NCBI GenBank assembly: GCA_038496445.1
Contig: JALMLS010000596.1
Location: forward strand, 1-64,000
Direction of reading: 5' to 3'
Source of the DNA: Trichosphaerium sp. ATCC 40318
Taxonomy: Eukaryota > Protista > Tubulinea
DNA length: 64,000 bases
This document shows positions 61,198 through 64,000 of this stretch, one piece after another. The notes under the pieces are model-generated. The model worked only from the letters and a program-made list of their open reading frames with translations, was not told where the DNA came from and did not search any database. Position numbers and translations under genes: made by a program. How positions within the stretch are numbered: the stretch's first letter is position 1; each line of letters opens with the position of its first letter.

Positions 61198-64000
61198 ATG
61201 GCTGAAATTTATGCAACCGTCAATATTCATCGTACGTTTTGTTTGTCAATTATCGACGTGTTGGATATGTTTTAAAGCAGTTTTATCTTTTCTAAACGTG
61301 TATCAATATTAAATTGTCGTAGAATTGGTCGTAGAGTTATCTAGAGTATCGTCAACGCACAGTAAGATATTTTATAAGATTTACTATGAAGATCAAGTAT
61401 TTGAGTCACAACAAAACATTCATGGCGAAATATGCATGTGGGAGGACCCTAGAATTACTTTGTACGCAACTGTCGAAACTGACATAATTACACCTCTTAA
61501 TTCTAACGCTCCTAAAAGCAAACTAACAGAGACGGAATGTACCAACGCGAAGTTTAACGTAGAAGTTTGGGCCAGAAAACAGACAAAGTGGAAAAAAGGT
61601 GATGATGTGCTTATAGGCACAACTGCGATTCCTTTTAATGCGTACGATTGTTTTTTGTGTATTGGTTTAACCGCTCGTAACAGCTTTTTACCATTTCATT
61701 CAAAAGGCTCTAAACCACTCGAATTCCACATCACCAGAAAAGAAAAGACAGTTGTACGGCACACAAGAATGTTTGAAAATTTTTTTCAAACCTATCAGCT
61801 CTTTGGCTCGTTTTTGGTTTTGCAGTCTCTCCCACGTTTCTCGTAAGATTTATTCTATTGTTAGGGTGAGATAACTATACATGGCGGATGTACGAGCTGG
61901 AGGCATCTGATTGGAGAGCTCAAGGCATCCAAGACAGTATTACATGCGCTTCAAATGTTAGAGCAGTTATGTGATGTTAAAAAGAATGGAAAGAGAATAC
62001 AGCATTATCTAGTGACGGAGATGCTTGATGCTTTAGCAGACTTAACCCAAAAACATATACGCCGAAGAAAGAAAGAGAGAAGGTCTGCTAGAAAATCTGG
62101 TGGAAAGAAAACTACGTCTAACGATGCCAATGACGATGGAGGGAAAAATGACACTGCAAAAAGCGCAAGAAAAGAAGCAGCTAAGGTGGATTTAGTTCAA
62201 AAATATGCAAGCTTAACTTACTTCTTTATTAGGCTCTTGAATGGGAAACGTTGCTCAATGTTTGGAAGAAGCTATCGAGTATAGGTATGTTGTTTTTTGT
62301 TACTAAAAAAGTAATTTATTAATTTTATTTTTTGTTAGAGGATGTTTCGACTAGAACGCATTTTATTCGTATTGGTGCAGCGCCTTTATTCCTCAAGTTT
62401 ATTTCAAAACAAGATGCAGAAGTATCTCTACACTTTGTTCTCTGTTTGAAGTTCTTCTTTGTTGTTGGTAAGTTGCTTTTCTTTTTTTGAATTAGTGACA
62501 CTTGCTCATTTTGACACATTGTTTTCAGTGAAACATCAGCAAATGTTGATAGATCTTGGTTACATGGATAAACTAATAGAGTTCTTGGGTGCAAAAAAGG
62601 ATATAGAACTACAAAAGAAAGCGCTAGAGGTTCTTCTTTACTTTGACGGTAAAAAAAAAGACAGTAACATGACTTTTCATCTGACCTCACTTCGCTAGAG
62701 AAGTATCAAGGAGAGATGTTAAAGCGTGGTTTGCTGAAACAAATTTTAAAATTGATAAAAAGGGAGGATGTCACGTTACGAACACAAGCTCTAGAGTTCA
62801 TTCAGTATTTTACTTGTACGCACTTTTTGTTTGCACTTTTTTTGGATCAACTAACGTTTATTTTTTGGGTAGGGCAACACAAAGATAAATTCATTTCAGT
62901 CAATTTTTTGAAGCAACTTGCTGAGTTTATTTCTTTTGAGACACCAGAAGAGATCGGTCATGAAACACTTGTACATAGTATGATTATAAAGACTTTATCT
63001 GTTATTCAACATCTTGATGGTGCGCACTCTTACATTTATTTTTATTTTGTTTGGCGTTTTTCTGTTATTCTGTTAACGTTGGTGTAGTTCATCACCAAGA
63101 AGATGCCATAGACAATGGACTACTACCACCTATAATTGAACTTGCTAAAGTTCATAATATGCCAATACAACAAAAAACAATTGATGTATTGTTGAGTTTT
63201 GATGGTATACTACTTTGTTGACCAGTAATTTTTTGAGTCTAATTAAAAACTAGCTATGTTTGATCAAGATATCATTGATGCTGGGTTATTCCACGCAACG
63301 TCGCATGTTCTAAGCTGTGAGCAAGCTTCTGTAATAGAAAAAGGGTTCGAGGTAGTAGAACAGTACAAACGTACGTGCGAATGTGAAATATCATTAAATT
63401 AGTCGTTGTTGTCACTTGGTCATAACTCTGGTAGTATATACGGATTACATGAAGAAGTCAACGCTCTTGAAAGCCTTGGTATCACTTCTCAGCTTCCCTG
63501 ATATAACTATTCAGCTCAAAACATTCGATTTTCTTGGAACCTTGAAATGTACCAGCTCTATGCTACTATTCACACTAACCGCGTTTATTAGTCAGCATGG
63601 AAGATTTAATTGGAGCAGGATTTGTAACCAGTGTTAAAACCATGTTGCAGCCAGAAGTAGTAGCAAAAGGGATGGAAGTACCTCTTAAAGCAATGGAGAC
63701 ATTGCTTACTTTTGATGGTACAAGTGCAAAAAGTACTGTATTTTGCTCATTGTTGTTTTTCTAGCAAAGTACCAACCGTGGATGCTTGATGCAGGGTTAG
63801 TATCCCAGGCATTGGATATAGTAACTTGGATTGATACACCAACAGCAACAATGCAGCCTAAATTTCGTGATCTATGCCTTGATTTTATCAGGCATTTTGA
63901 CAGTGCGCTTTTGTTTGTGAACTTGTATAATTTGTAACTTACATCATTTAGATATTCATGACCCCAAGATTGTCGACCAACAGATTTGTGAGAAGATTTG
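61198..64000 (+). CDS. C2-domain plus armadillo/HEAT-repeat protein, 3' truncated by window end
   Basis: C2-like FNVEVWARKQ...DDVLIGTTAIP; repeated ~40-aa exons of the type M...GLL..L..LL...D..LQ..AL..L..F. Confidence 0.7.

Noticed and set aside
1026-62690. Many 60-180 aa ORFs in the track (e.g. 13688-14023 +, 18515-18994 +, 22817-23197 +, 58066-58599 +)
   Set aside because: Antisense or alternate-frame shadows of real genes, or intron read-through
1-64000. Stop-codon reassignment to explain short ORFs
   Set aside because: Conserved genes (RPL7A, GST, PIMT, actin, kinase) read through cleanly once short introns are removed; standard code suffices

Overview
AT-rich (roughly one-third GC by eye), gene-dense, intron-rich eukaryotic nuclear DNA, most likely from an amoebozoan. 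This assignment rests on an ABP34-type actin-bundling gene, a class C (GABA-B/Grl-like) GPCR and an HRDLAARN receptor tyrosine kinase. Introns are short with GTACGT/GTATGT-type donors, several GC donors and micro-exons, so the ORF track is fragmentary and gene models here were spliced by hand (boundaries approximate). About 25 genes are present: tandem-SH2 protein, surface proteins, ZIP transporter, GST, a PARG-like hydrolase with an inserted glycogen-binding module, a Ras gene disrupted by a pogo/Fot1-like DNA transposon, BAR-RhoGAP, RPL7A, LIM protein, ABP34, a helical-repeat protein, GPCR, divergent actin, BTB protein, RTK, NAGPA, nucleoside hydrolase, PIMT and a C2-ARM protein. The most notable observations are the CBM48-in-PARG enzyme, a highly structured GC-rich RNA inside an RPL7A intron, strong enrichment of the CACGTG palindrome (often in introns), and a ~70-aa repeat protein that may be a modular nucleic-acid binder. 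Protein family calls are from motif recognition only; no searches were run.
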